From contig CALRMX020000002.1 of assembly GCA_943369355.1 (NCBI GenBank), positions 113,376 through 177,375 on the forward strand: DNA of 64,000 nt, written 5' to 3'. The position numbers and the translations under genes were made by a program. Position 1 is the first letter of the stretch, and the number at the start of each line of letters is the position of its first letter. The DNA comes from Chitinophaga pinensis (GTDB lineage: Bacteria > Bacteroidota > Bacteroidia > UBA7662). Of the stretch, positions 56,057 through 64,000 are shown piece after piece. Under the pieces are notes generated by a model. It was given only the letters and a program-made list of their open reading frames with translations. It searched no databases and was not told where the DNA came from.

Positions 56057-57049
56057 ATGCGGTACCTTCTTCTATTTCTGATGATGAGCTCAGCGGCTAC
56101 AGCACAGCTTGGCAGCAAGGTGCAATCGTTGCTACCCGGACGCTGGATAAACAACGAGTATGGGTACACCCTTGTACTCGAACTCAAGGCCGATGGTAGC
56201 GGTACCTTTGATGGCGAAACCATACGCTATAAAATGCTCGAGAACAAACAACTCGAAATAAGTGGTGGTGGCAGCACCAACCGCTACGATTACAGTTTCG
56301 ATGGGAAACAACTGCAGCTCAAAGGTGGCGATATCGAGGGTGTGATGCGTTTTGTGCGTGAAGGGCAGCAGCAGTCTGCACCCAATGCCGAAACCACCCC
56401 CGTTCCGGTAAGTGCTACCGGACTTGTTGGCAGTTGGCAAGGTCACGGCGAAACCGTACGCTTTTATGCCAATGGCAAATGCAGCTTTCAGGGCATGGAG
56501 TTCAACTATCAGCAAAAAGGGAATCAACTTATTTTCAGCACCCAGCAAGGATCGGTTCAAGCCGACTACCAACTGGAAGGTGATCGTTTGACGATGATCC
56601 TCAACGGCCAAACCTATCGTTATTCACGTGAAGGGAGTGGGCAAGCGAATGGTGTCGCACCTAGCTCAGGCGCATCCCGCAACCCTGCTGAATTAGCCGG
56701 CAAATGGTGCTATGTGTACGTTCAAAATGTTACCACCAACAGCGGTGGGGGTACTGGCGGAAGTAGCAGCGAAGAATGTATCGTTATTCAGGCCGACGGC
56801 AGTTATACGTTCAATTCCGAGCGATCGATGAGCACCAATACCGAAGGTTACTGGGGTGGTACCAATTCCTCCTCGAGCGACCAAGGCAGCTGGTGGGTCG
56901 AAAACGGACGATTGTATTACCGCTCAGCGCGAACCGGCCAACAAGGTTCTTTTGCCCTCGAAAAGGTAAACCACCCCCGCAATAACGACCCTATGTTGGT
57001 GCTCGATGGCAAAACCTATGTAACGCAATACCAGAAGGCACCGTGGTAG
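56057..57049 (+). CDS. Secreted hypothetical protein built from three lipocalin-like G-W...DG.G.F modules
   Basis: Signal peptide MRYLLLFLMMSSAATAQ. Repeats begin GRWINNEYGYTLVLELKADGSGTF, GSWQGHGETVRFYANGKCSF and GKWCYVYV...IQADGSYTF. Confidence 0.55.
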   Translation: MRYLLLFLMMSSAATAQLGSKVQSLLPGRWINNEYGYTLVLELKADGSGTFDGETIRYKMLENKQLEISGGGSTNRYDYSFDGKQLQLKGGDIEGVMRFVREGQQQSAPNAETTPVPVSATGLVGSWQGHGETVRFYANGKCSFQGMEFNYQQKGNQLIFSTQQGSVQADYQLEGDRLTMILNGQTYRYSREGSGQANGVAPSSGASRNPAELAGKWCYVYVQNVTTNSGGGTGGSSSEECIVIQADGSYTFNSERSMSTNTEGYWGGTNSSSSDQGSWWVENGRLYYRSARTGQQGSFALEKVNHPRNNDPMLVLDGKTYVTQYQKAPW

Positions 57050-57073
57050 GCAACAAAATGCCGGTGCAAAGCG

Positions 57074-57081
57074 TATTTTTG
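57074..57081 (+). promoter_or_regulatory. -7 box TATTTTTG, 4 nt upstream of the recR ATG
   Basis: Exact TAnnTTTG match. ATG at 57086. Confidence 0.45.
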
Positions 57082-57085
57082 AAAC

Positions 57086-57694
57086 ATGAATTATCCGTCG
57101 GGACTGATTGAGTCGGCTGTAAATGCCTTTTCGCGTTTTCCGGGCATTGGCCGCAAATCGGCGCTCCGCCTCACCTTGTATTTGCTGCGGCAGCCAGCCG
57201 AAGAAGCAGCACAGCTGGCACAAGCCATCAACGACCTGCGTACGAAAGTGCAATATTGCGGCACCTGCCACAACATCAGCGACGAACCCACCTGCCGCAT
57301 TTGCGCCAGCAAAAGCCGCGACCGCAGTACCGTTTGCGTGGTGGCCGACTTAAGAGACGTTATTGCCATTGAAAATACGGGGCAATACAACGGACTTTAC
57401 CACGTTTTGGGTGGTCTTATTGCCCCTATGGAAGGTATTAGTCCCGACCAACTCAAAATTCAGTCGCTGGTCGACCGCGTAAACAGCGGAGAAGTAAAAG
57501 AGATTTTGCTAGCCCTCAGCGCAACCATGGAAGGCGACACCACTGGCTTTTATCTTTCCAAAAAGCTGCAGGGTCAAGCGGTTCGCATCAGCACCATTGC
57601 CCGCGGTATTGCCATCGGTGGCGAGCTCGAGTATGCCGACGAAGTAACGCTAGGCCGCTCTATCCTCAACCGTGTACCCTTTGGAGGTAGTTGA
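57086..57694 (+). CDS. recR: Recombination protein RecR
   Basis: HhH (PGIGRKSALRL), a C4 zinc finger (CGTCHNISDEPTCRIC), and Toprim (VCVVADLRDVIAIE). Confidence 0.95.
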   Translation: MNYPSGLIESAVNAFSRFPGIGRKSALRLTLYLLRQPAEEAAQLAQAINDLRTKVQYCGTCHNISDEPTCRICASKSRDRSTVCVVADLRDVIAIENTGQYNGLYHVLGGLIAPMEGISPDQLKIQSLVDRVNSGEVKEILLALSATMEGDTTGFYLSKKLQGQAVRISTIARGIAIGGELEYADEVTLGRSILNRVPFGGS

Positions 57695-57696
57695 TT

Positions 57697-59628
57697 ATGC
57701 GGTTGTCGGTCGTAATTGTTAGCTACAACGTAAAGTACTTTCTCGAGCAGGCGCTGCGCTCGGCCCTGAAAGCTTGTGAAGGTATCGAAGCCGAGCTGTG
57801 GGTGGTCGACAACCAGAGTAGCGACGGTTCGGTGGAGATGGTTCGTGAGAAGTTTCCGACCGTAAAGCTCATTGCAAACACCCAGAATGTGGGCTTTAGC
57901 AAGGCCAACAACCAAGCCATGCGGGAGGCCAAAGGCGAATACATTCTGCTACTCAACCCCGATACCGTGGTTGCGGAAGACTGTTTTACCGCTTGCCTTC
58001 AATTTTTAGACGAACACCCCAAGGCTGGAGGCTTAGGCATACGCATGCTCGATGGCAGCGGCAACTTTTTAAAGGAATCGAAGCGCGGGCTACCCACCCC
58101 TGAGGTGGCTTTTTACAAAATATCCGGCCTCTCTTCGTTTTTTCCGAAAAGCAAACGGTTTGGCCGCTATCACTTGGGTTATCTCGACGAGCATGCCAAC
58201 CACCCCGTTGATATTCTTGCCGGTGCTTTTATGCTCATGCGTGCTTCGGTGCTGCAAGAAATTGGTTTGCTCGACGAGAAGTACTTCATGTATGGAGAAG
58301 ACATCGACCTGAGTTACCGCATTCGACTGGCCGGCTACGAAAACTGGTACTTTTCGGGAAGTAGCATCATTCATTACAAAGGTGAAAGCACCAAAAAAGA
58401 CAGCGTGAACTATGTGCGGGTGTTCTACCAAGCCATGGCCATTTTTGCCCGGCAGTACTTCAGCCCCAACCATGCCCGCGTGTTTGGCATGCTCATTCAG
58501 TTTGGCATTGTATTCCGAGCAGCCATAAGCGTATTAAAGCGCTGGAGTAAGCTGTTTTTTAATCCCGTGCTCGATGTGGTTTTGATTTTTGCAGGCATGT
58601 ATTGGCTTACCGATTTCTGGGAAAACAACGTAAAAGCCGACGAAGGGCTGGTGTATCCTGCCGTTTTTCGCCAAACGATACTACCGGTATTCACCTTAAT
58701 CTGGGTACTTGCCGCGTACTTTAGCGGAGCTTACGATAAGCCGTTCCGACCTTCGAAGCTTATACGTGGACTGCTTGCAGGCACCATGCTCATTGCGGTA
58801 GCCTATGCTTTTTTTCCGCCAGAACTACGCTTTAGCCGGGGCTTGATACTTGCCGGGACAGCCGCAGCCATCAGCACTACCTTACTGGCTCGTGTGCTCA
58901 TTTCGTTGCTTGTGCATGGCCAAGCCTTTCCGGGTCGTGGCGGTGTAAAACGCACCCTCGTTGCTGGCGATGCGCAAGAGCTCAACAGGGTGCATGGCAT
59001 TTTGCAGCGGGCGGGGATAAACAGCAAGTTTATTGGATTTGTATCGCCCAATGTGCAGGACCAACAGGAGGAGTTTTATCTGGGTAAGCTCACCGATTTA
59101 GACAAAGCCATTTTGGCCTTTAAACCCAGCGAGTTGATATTTTGCGGCGACAACCTCAGTTATCGCGAAATTATCGGTTGGTTCGATCGTTTGCAGGGGC
59201 AGGTTGACGAGCTCAAAATTGTTCCGCCTGGAACCGACTATGTGATAGGTAGCCACCATGTAGATTATCCCGGCGATTTGTATACGCCTGATTTTAATTT
59301 ACAATTGAATCAACCAGCGGCAAAGCGCAACAAACGTTTGATGGACCTATTGCTTGGAAGTGTGCTTTTGTTGCTTTGGCCTGCATTGTTTTGGCGCTAC
59401 CCCGCAAGCTGCCGAACGGCATGGCCACTGCTCTTGGTGCTTTTTGGCCAGAAAACCCTGGTAGCCTATCCACCCACCGAACGTTTGCCCCGTTTAAAAG
59501 CAGGCTTGTTCGATCCAGCGAGAGGCGAATTTCCGGCCCGCATCAAAGCCAGAATTTACAGCCTCTACGCCAAAGACTACACCGCCATGGATGATTTACG
59601 GTTGGTGCTGGAGTATTTGGTGAGGTGA
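57697..59628 (+). CDS. Family 2 glycosyltransferase fused to a polytopic membrane C-terminal half
   Basis: GT-A motifs LSVVIVSYN, DNQSSDGS, LLLNPDT and MYGEDIDLSYR, followed by about 8 TM segments. Start taken as ATG 57697; TTG 57691 overlaps the recR stop. Confidence 0.8.
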   Translation: MRLSVVIVSYNVKYFLEQALRSALKACEGIEAELWVVDNQSSDGSVEMVREKFPTVKLIANTQNVGFSKANNQAMREAKGEYILLLNPDTVVAEDCFTACLQFLDEHPKAGGLGIRMLDGSGNFLKESKRGLPTPEVAFYKISGLSSFFPKSKRFGRYHLGYLDEHANHPVDILAGAFMLMRASVLQEIGLLDEKYFMYGEDIDLSYRIRLAGYENWYFSGSSIIHYKGESTKKDSVNYVRVFYQAMAIFARQYFSPNHARVFGMLIQFGIVFRAAISVLKRWSKLFFNPVLDVVLIFAGMYWLTDFWENNVKADEGLVYPAVFRQTILPVFTLIWVLAAYFSGAYDKPFRPSKLIRGLLAGTMLIAVAYAFFPPELRFSRGLILAGTAAAISTTLLARVLISLLVHGQAFPGRGGVKRTLVAGDAQELNRVHGILQRAGINSKFIGFVSPNVQDQQEEFYLGKLTDLDKAILAFKPSELIFCGDNLSYREIIGWFDRLQGQVDELKIVPPGTDYVIGSHHVDYPGDLYTPDFNLQLNQPAAKRNKRLMDLLLGSVLLLLWPALFWRYPASCRTAWPLLLVLFGQKTLVAYPPTERLPRLKAGLFDPARGEFPARIKARIYSLYAKDYTAMDDLRLVLEYLVR

Positions 59629-59815
59629 GCTATTTCAAATAGTATAGCTATTACCAATTGTATACCCTTGTGATTTGCACTGCGCTTCTTGGCTTTTATC
59701 AGCTCTAGCATGAACTAATAAATTCAACAGGAAATTAGCCATTTCGTTGATTACTATACCAAATTCATTGTAAATGACTTAAGGCGTTTTATAGTTTGTT
59801 TATCTAATACATTCC

Positions 59816-60181
59816 CTATTGCGCAGATAAAAATATCAACAAAATTGACCCCAAGTAATAACAATACCCCCAGAATAAGTACAGTCTTCTTAGCTTAAAT
59901 GCACCTGTAGAAAATTTCGTTACTATTTGCCGTGCTCGCTTCCTAAAAATTAGGTATATCGAAGCAAATGTAAAAACTAAAATAAGAAGCATCTTTAAAT
60001 CAGTTAATTCTACTGGTAGAATTTCCAATTTACTCAGTGAAATTACATCAAGAATAATAATAATACCTAAAAATAACCCTCCTCCCTGATACTCATCGGG
60101 TATTCGGTTAGAGCGTAAGTCGTATTTTAAGAAACAAGAAAACCTGAACGCCAGGTAGTATAAAGCATCAAATAATATCAT
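59816..60181 (-). CDS. Small polytopic membrane protein in the AT-rich island (candidate immunity or accessory protein)
   Basis: 121 aa, 3-4 TM. Overlaps the upstream TPR gene by 14 nt. Confidence 0.5.
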   Translation of the reverse strand: MILFDALYYLAFRFSCFLKYDLRSNRIPDEYQGGGLFLGIIIILDVISLSKLEILPVELTDLKMLLILVFTFASIYLIFRKRARQIVTKFSTGAFKLRRLYLFWGYCYYLGSILLIFLSAQ

Positions 60182-60653
60182 CCTCCTTTGTATTACGTAT
60201 CAAGTTTTGATGTTTTTTTATTTCTTCTATAGCTTCAGCAGCAAAGGAATCAGTTCTATTAAGCACCAATGCCTCTTCAAAATAGTAAATTGCCAAAGAA
60301 TCCTCCATTTGCGCAAAATAAATTAATCCCATATTATGATAACACTTTTCCAGTTTATGCTTTAAATCCACCGCCTTCAGAAAATCAGCAAGAGCTCCTT
60401 GGTTTTGTTCCAAACTCATTTTACATACTCCCCGTTTAAAATAATATTCTCCCACTAAAGCAGAATCTCCTTCAACCTTAATTTCTTCCAAAAGTTTTAA
60501 AGCTAGTTCGAACTTATCCTCAGAGTAATATCTCCTAGCAAGTTCAAACTTTTCATAATCTGTGGATTCAGGCGATTTTTTTTGGTTACTGGTTCTAATT
60601 TCACAAGAAGCTAAAGTCAAACTAATCGCAAGTAAAATGTTAAGTCTTTTCAT
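60168..60653 (-). CDS. TPR-repeat lipoprotein (candidate immunity protein)
   Basis: Lipobox LAISLTLASC. TPR-like helices (ARRYYSEDKFELALKLLEE, YYFKRGVCKMSLEQNQGALADFLKAV, HNMGLIYFAQMEDSLAIYYFEEAL). Its ATG 60653 lies 8 nt after the toxin stop. Confidence 0.65.
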   Translation of the reverse strand: MKRLNILLAISLTLASCEIRTSNQKKSPESTDYEKFELARRYYSEDKFELALKLLEEIKVEGDSALVGEYYFKRGVCKMSLEQNQGALADFLKAVDLKHKLEKCYHNMGLIYFAQMEDSLAIYYFEEALVLNRTDSFAAEAIEEIKKHQNLIRNTKEDDII

Positions 60654-60660
60654 ATTAATC

Positions 60661-61671
60661 CTAATTATCCCTTTCCAATCTTGACATTGCTGATCTATAA
60701 TTTTTGGCTGCCATATCATATTGCCGCCTCCAAACACTATTATCCATTCCCGTTTTCTTTAACATCAACCCTGCGTACGCCATTTGTCTTTTTGCCTCAC
60801 GAGCGATATCCTTAGTCATTTGTTTAGAATCTAAAGCACTAAAAGTTAATTCACCAATCATCAATTCAGTCCCAACAGCCAAGCTTAAAGCATCTAGAGC
60901 AGCAAGTTCATACTCTTCTTTCATAAAATGATCTAGCCCACTTAAAACTGTCAACCCAATACCTAAACCCTTAACTCTGGTATTTTCATACGGCAAATTA
61001 GCCACATCGAGCGTTTTCTGAGTGAACCTAAGCGCATCCATCATTTCATCTCTAATAGACAGCTGAGTATTTTCATTAACACTGTTGCTGACTACATTAG
61101 TATTATCCACTGTCGCCGGATCTGGGTTAGGTAAATCAACATTTAAATTAACCCATTCTCCTCTATTATGCATCCAAGCTCCTTTATCATTTTGTACTAT
61201 CGCCCCTTGAGCATAAATTTCTATGGCTTCTTTTCCTTTTGGGCACCATGGGCATTTGCCATCCAAATCATTGTAAACTATTGGGCTATTCCAAAATGCA
61301 TTATATGTAGACTTATCTACTTGGTTCGGATGATCTGACAACGGATCCACACTCAACCATCGGCTTATTTCTGCATCGTACCAGCGGGCACCGAAGTCGT
61401 GGTAGTTCAATCCATAACGCTGCATACGTTCTTTGCCGTTGAAACGATTATCGAAAACATCGGGGTTGTCGCTCTCCGACCACGGCCCAGTCATTTCTAG
61501 GCCAAACGGGTAATAATGTCCTTCTTGTAAAATTTCATTCGCCGGTCCCGCCATCGCATCTACTTTACCATTACCATTCAAGTCCGAAAACACAACTCTC
61601 GTATTACCTAAATGATCTTTAATTACATACTCGTAGCGAACGGTACTGTCGACTTCTACGGTGAAGAATAA
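60661..61671 (-). pseudogene. 5'-truncated RHS/YD-repeat toxin: last YD repeat, the RHS repeat-associated core, and an unrecognised ~198-aa C-terminal domain
   Basis: The open frame starts right after TAG 61672-61674, inside the trhO 3' end. It reads ...RYEYVIKDHLGNTRVVFSDLNG...HYYPFGLEM...FNGKERMQRYGLNYHDFGARWYDAEISRWLSVDP...NSPIVYNDLDGK. There is no ATG; the first possible start is GTG 61593. No upstream repeat shell is present. Confidence 0.75.
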
Positions 61672-62693
61672 CTATGCACAATATTCCAACGCCCCTTGTG
61701 AAAATCACCTGTTTTGGGTCGGGTATGCTCTTTTCGGCGAGCGCGTTGTACTTCTTCGGGCAAACTAAGCACTTCTTGGCATTCGGTTGAGCAACAACCT
61801 TGGTATTGCGCAGCACAGCTTTCGCACTGGATAAACAATAAATGACATTCACTGTTGGCGCAGTTGGTATGGGTATCGGCCAGGGTACGACATTGATGAC
61901 AATGGCTAATCACCTCGTCGCTAATTCGCTCGCCCAAACGTTCGTCAAACACGAAGTTCTTACCAACGAATTTACTTTCGAGTCCTTTCGCCTTTACTTG
62001 CCGGGCATACTCGATGATACCGCCGTACAACTGATTCACATCCTCAAAGCCTTGATGTTTGAAGTAGGCGCTCGCCTTTTCGCAGCGTATTCCACCGGTA
62101 CAATACAACAACAGCTTTTTGTCTTTTTGATCTTTCAACAAGTCGGCAACTAGTGGGAGCTCCTCACGAAATGTGTCTACATCGGGGGTTATGGCGCCTT
62201 TAAAGTGCCCTATCTCACTCTCGTAATGATTGCGCATGTCAACCACCACGGTATTCGGATCTTCCATGGCAGCGTTAAACTCTTCGGCTGTTAAATGACG
62301 TCCTACATTCGTCACGTCGAAAGCATTATCGTCGAGGCCGTCGGCTACAATTTTCGGGCGAACCTTGATGTTAAGTTTGTAAAACGACTTGCCATCGTCT
62401 TCTACAGCCTGTTTGATGGGCACGTGCGCAATCCATGGCCTGCTGTTGAGGTCGGCCAAAAATGCGTCGTAATTGTGTTCAGGAACACTCATTTGGGCGT
62501 TTATTCCCTCACGAGCCACGTAAATGCGGCCAAAACAGCCCATGGCCGACCAAGCTAGAAACAAGGTATCGCGGGTAGTTTCGGGATCGTCGAGAATTAC
62601 GTAACGGTAAAACGAAATGGTGATGCGCCGAAAATCTTCCGACATCAATCGGGCCCGCAACTCCGTGCGGCTCACTTTATTCTGAATAATCAT
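61656..62693 (-). CDS. trhO: Rhodanese-domain tRNA uridine(34) hydroxylase (UPF0176/YceA family)
   Basis: ISFYRYV N-terminal domain, the rhodanese active loop [14 protein letters not shown], and a C-terminal Cys-rich region CHQC...CANSEC...CESC. Confidence 0.88.
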   Translation of the reverse strand: MIIQNKVSRTELRARLMSEDFRRITISFYRYVILDDPETTRDTLFLAWSAMGCFGRIYVAREGINAQMSVPEHNYDAFLADLNSRPWIAHVPIKQAVEDDGKSFYKLNIKVRPKIVADGLDDNAFDVTNVGRHLTAEEFNAAMEDPNTVVVDMRNHYESEIGHFKGAITPDVDTFREELPLVADLLKDQKDKKLLLYCTGGIRCEKASAYFKHQGFEDVNQLYGGIIEYARQVKAKGLESKFVGKNFVFDERLGERISDEVISHCHQCRTLADTHTNCANSECHLLFIQCESCAAQYQGCCSTECQEVLSLPEEVQRARRKEHTRPKTGDFHKGRWNIVHSYSSP

Positions 62694-62765
62694 AACTGCT
62701 GGTGTTAAGTTGCATGCTTAAACCGGACACAAAGGTAGATAATTCAGCCGATTTACGCTAACACC

Positions 62766-62948
62766 TCAGCGCGGCTTGACCGCAGGCTTCTTAAACCCGT
62801 AAGGGCAGTGCCGGCAACCACTCTGACAACAGTGCCCGCGCTTGAGGTGGTAACGTTCGGTAAATACCATCAGCCCCTGCTCGTTGAAGTAAAAATCTTC
62901 GTTTTCGACCAGAGGCTGCTGGATGGTTGAGCTTGTTTTGTGCATCAT
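62766..62948 (-). CDS. Small Cys-rich protein, DUF5522-like
   Basis: FYFNEQGLMVFTERYHLKRGHCCQSGCRHCPYG matches my recollection of the DUF5522 signature. Its start overlaps the upstream gene stop by 4 nt. Confidence 0.55.
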   Translation of the reverse strand: MMHKTSSTIQQPLVENEDFYFNEQGLMVFTERYHLKRGHCCQSGCRHCPYGFKKPAVKPR

Positions 62949-63973
62949 TTGAAGTAAATAGAACCGGGAGCAACTCCTGTTTCAACCGAATCGAGTGCTA
63001 TGAAGCTCGAATTGTACCGGATGAGTTTGCCCGACGAGCTGAAGTCAACTGCATCGGTCCCGTAAAAGAAGCCACTCACCGGATCGAAGCCTATGGCGTA
63101 AAAGTTACGATTGAGTACTGTTGTTGGTATGGCTGCCGAACTAGTAGGGTCTAATTCGCGCAATGCACCTTCCATCGAAAAGTAGAATTTTGTTTTGTCT
63201 TTATTGGTGCACAAGTCGTTGGTGCTGCTGCGTACACCTAAATCCAAGAAGGCTGTGGTTTGGCCAAGCTTCCACAATGAAGCAGCTGTAGGCGTTCCGG
63301 CAAAGGAGGGCACTCCACCACACAATACCCACAAATCGCCTGCTATGTCGCTCGCAAAACTATTGGGATAGTCGCCTACCAAAAGGGTATCGTCGTAGCT
63401 ATCGGTAGTTGGATCAATTACCAAAATGCTGTTGCCATTGCTATTTGCCACATACACTTTGCCGTTGTGCACAGTAATGGCATCGGGGAAGGCTCCTGCG
63501 TTGAGCGTTTTTACAATGGTTTTACTCGCCAAATCAACTACTTTCACGCGGCCATTGCCACCAAAACTCACCCATTCGGTCACATAAGCCTTGTTACCGA
63601 GAACTGCAATTCGGCTGGGAAGCTCGAAGCCAGCAAGCTCACCCGTTGATTTAAAATCGCTCAAGTTCACGAACTCCAGCTTGTTGGCATTGTTCACCAC
63701 CAAAATACCGGTGTTGTTCCAATGTGCCATACTTTGGGTAGTATTCCCGAGTGGGCGGCTATTGGCTTGCTGAAATAAGTCACGAACATACACCGATCTG
63801 TCGCGGCTCTGGTAGGTCAATGCACCTGCACCGTTGGGGAAAGAGCCTTCGGCGGTTACGTATACACCACTCACATAGCTAACTGCTGGTGCAGGGTTGT
63901 TGTTGTCGTCGGGATTACATGCCGATAGCGCAAATACTGCTGCCACTGCTGGCCAAAAGAGAAATTGTTTCAT
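62945..63973 (-). CDS. YncE-like beta-propeller lipoprotein (DUF5074-like cell-surface protein)
   Basis: Lipobox VFALSACNPD. Repeated ...VYV(A/T)N... blade motifs (GVYVTAEGSF, KAYVTEWVSF, KVYVANSNGNSILVID, DLWVLCGG). Confidence 0.6.
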   Translation of the reverse strand: MKQFLFWPAVAAVFALSACNPDDNNNPAPAVSYVSGVYVTAEGSFPNGAGALTYQSRDRSVYVRDLFQQANSRPLGNTTQSMAHWNNTGILVVNNANKLEFVNLSDFKSTGELAGFELPSRIAVLGNKAYVTEWVSFGGNGRVKVVDLASKTIVKTLNAGAFPDAITVHNGKVYVANSNGNSILVIDPTTDSYDDTLLVGDYPNSFASDIAGDLWVLCGGVPSFAGTPTAASLWKLGQTTAFLDLGVRSSTNDLCTNKDKTKFYFSMEGALRELDPTSSAAIPTTVLNRNFYAIGFDPVSGFFYGTDAVDFSSSGKLIRYNSSFIALDSVETGVAPGSIYFK

Positions 63974-64000
63974 GGTAGTTGAAATTGAAAATTTAAGAGA

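Overview
This is a 64 kb chromosomal window from a Bacteroidota-type genome. Three proteins end in T9SS C-terminal sorting domains, TAnnTTTG -7 promoter boxes recur, and DUF5606, DUF5522 and DUF3667-type genes are present. About 58 protein genes and one tRNA-Arg(CCT) are supported. Most are housekeeping: glyQS, guaB, pheS, murI, metG, recR, hemN, hemJ, gmhA, dsbD, comM, trhO, glgP, nhaA and bcp. By eye the composition is a mosaic, with AT-rich blocks set in roughly 50-60 % GC DNA, and the more unusual content sits in or near those blocks. (1) An AT-rich insertion at 59.6-61.7 kb carries a 5'-truncated RHS/YD toxin tip with an unrecognisable ~198-aa C-terminal domain and two tightly coupled candidate immunity genes, joined onto the 3' end of trhO. 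(2) Downstream of the tRNA lies an islet with a clear rifampin ADP-ribosyltransferase (arr). (3) A KdpD(C-terminal)/KdpE-like two-component pair is coupled to a TrkH/KtrB K+ transporter and a divergent porin, with no kdpFABC in view. (4) An ECF sigma, anti-sigma, Pro/Gly-repeat periplasmic protein and di-haem cytochrome c peroxidase form an apparent operon. (5) Tandem B12-binding radical SAM paralogs lie at the left edge. (6) An exact -7 promoter box sits 3-6 nt upstream of six start codons, which implies leaderless mRNAs. No CRISPR array, rRNA, transposase or integrase was seen. All functional calls rest on motif recognition by eye, with no database search, and many start codons were re-picked inside the supplied longest ORFs.
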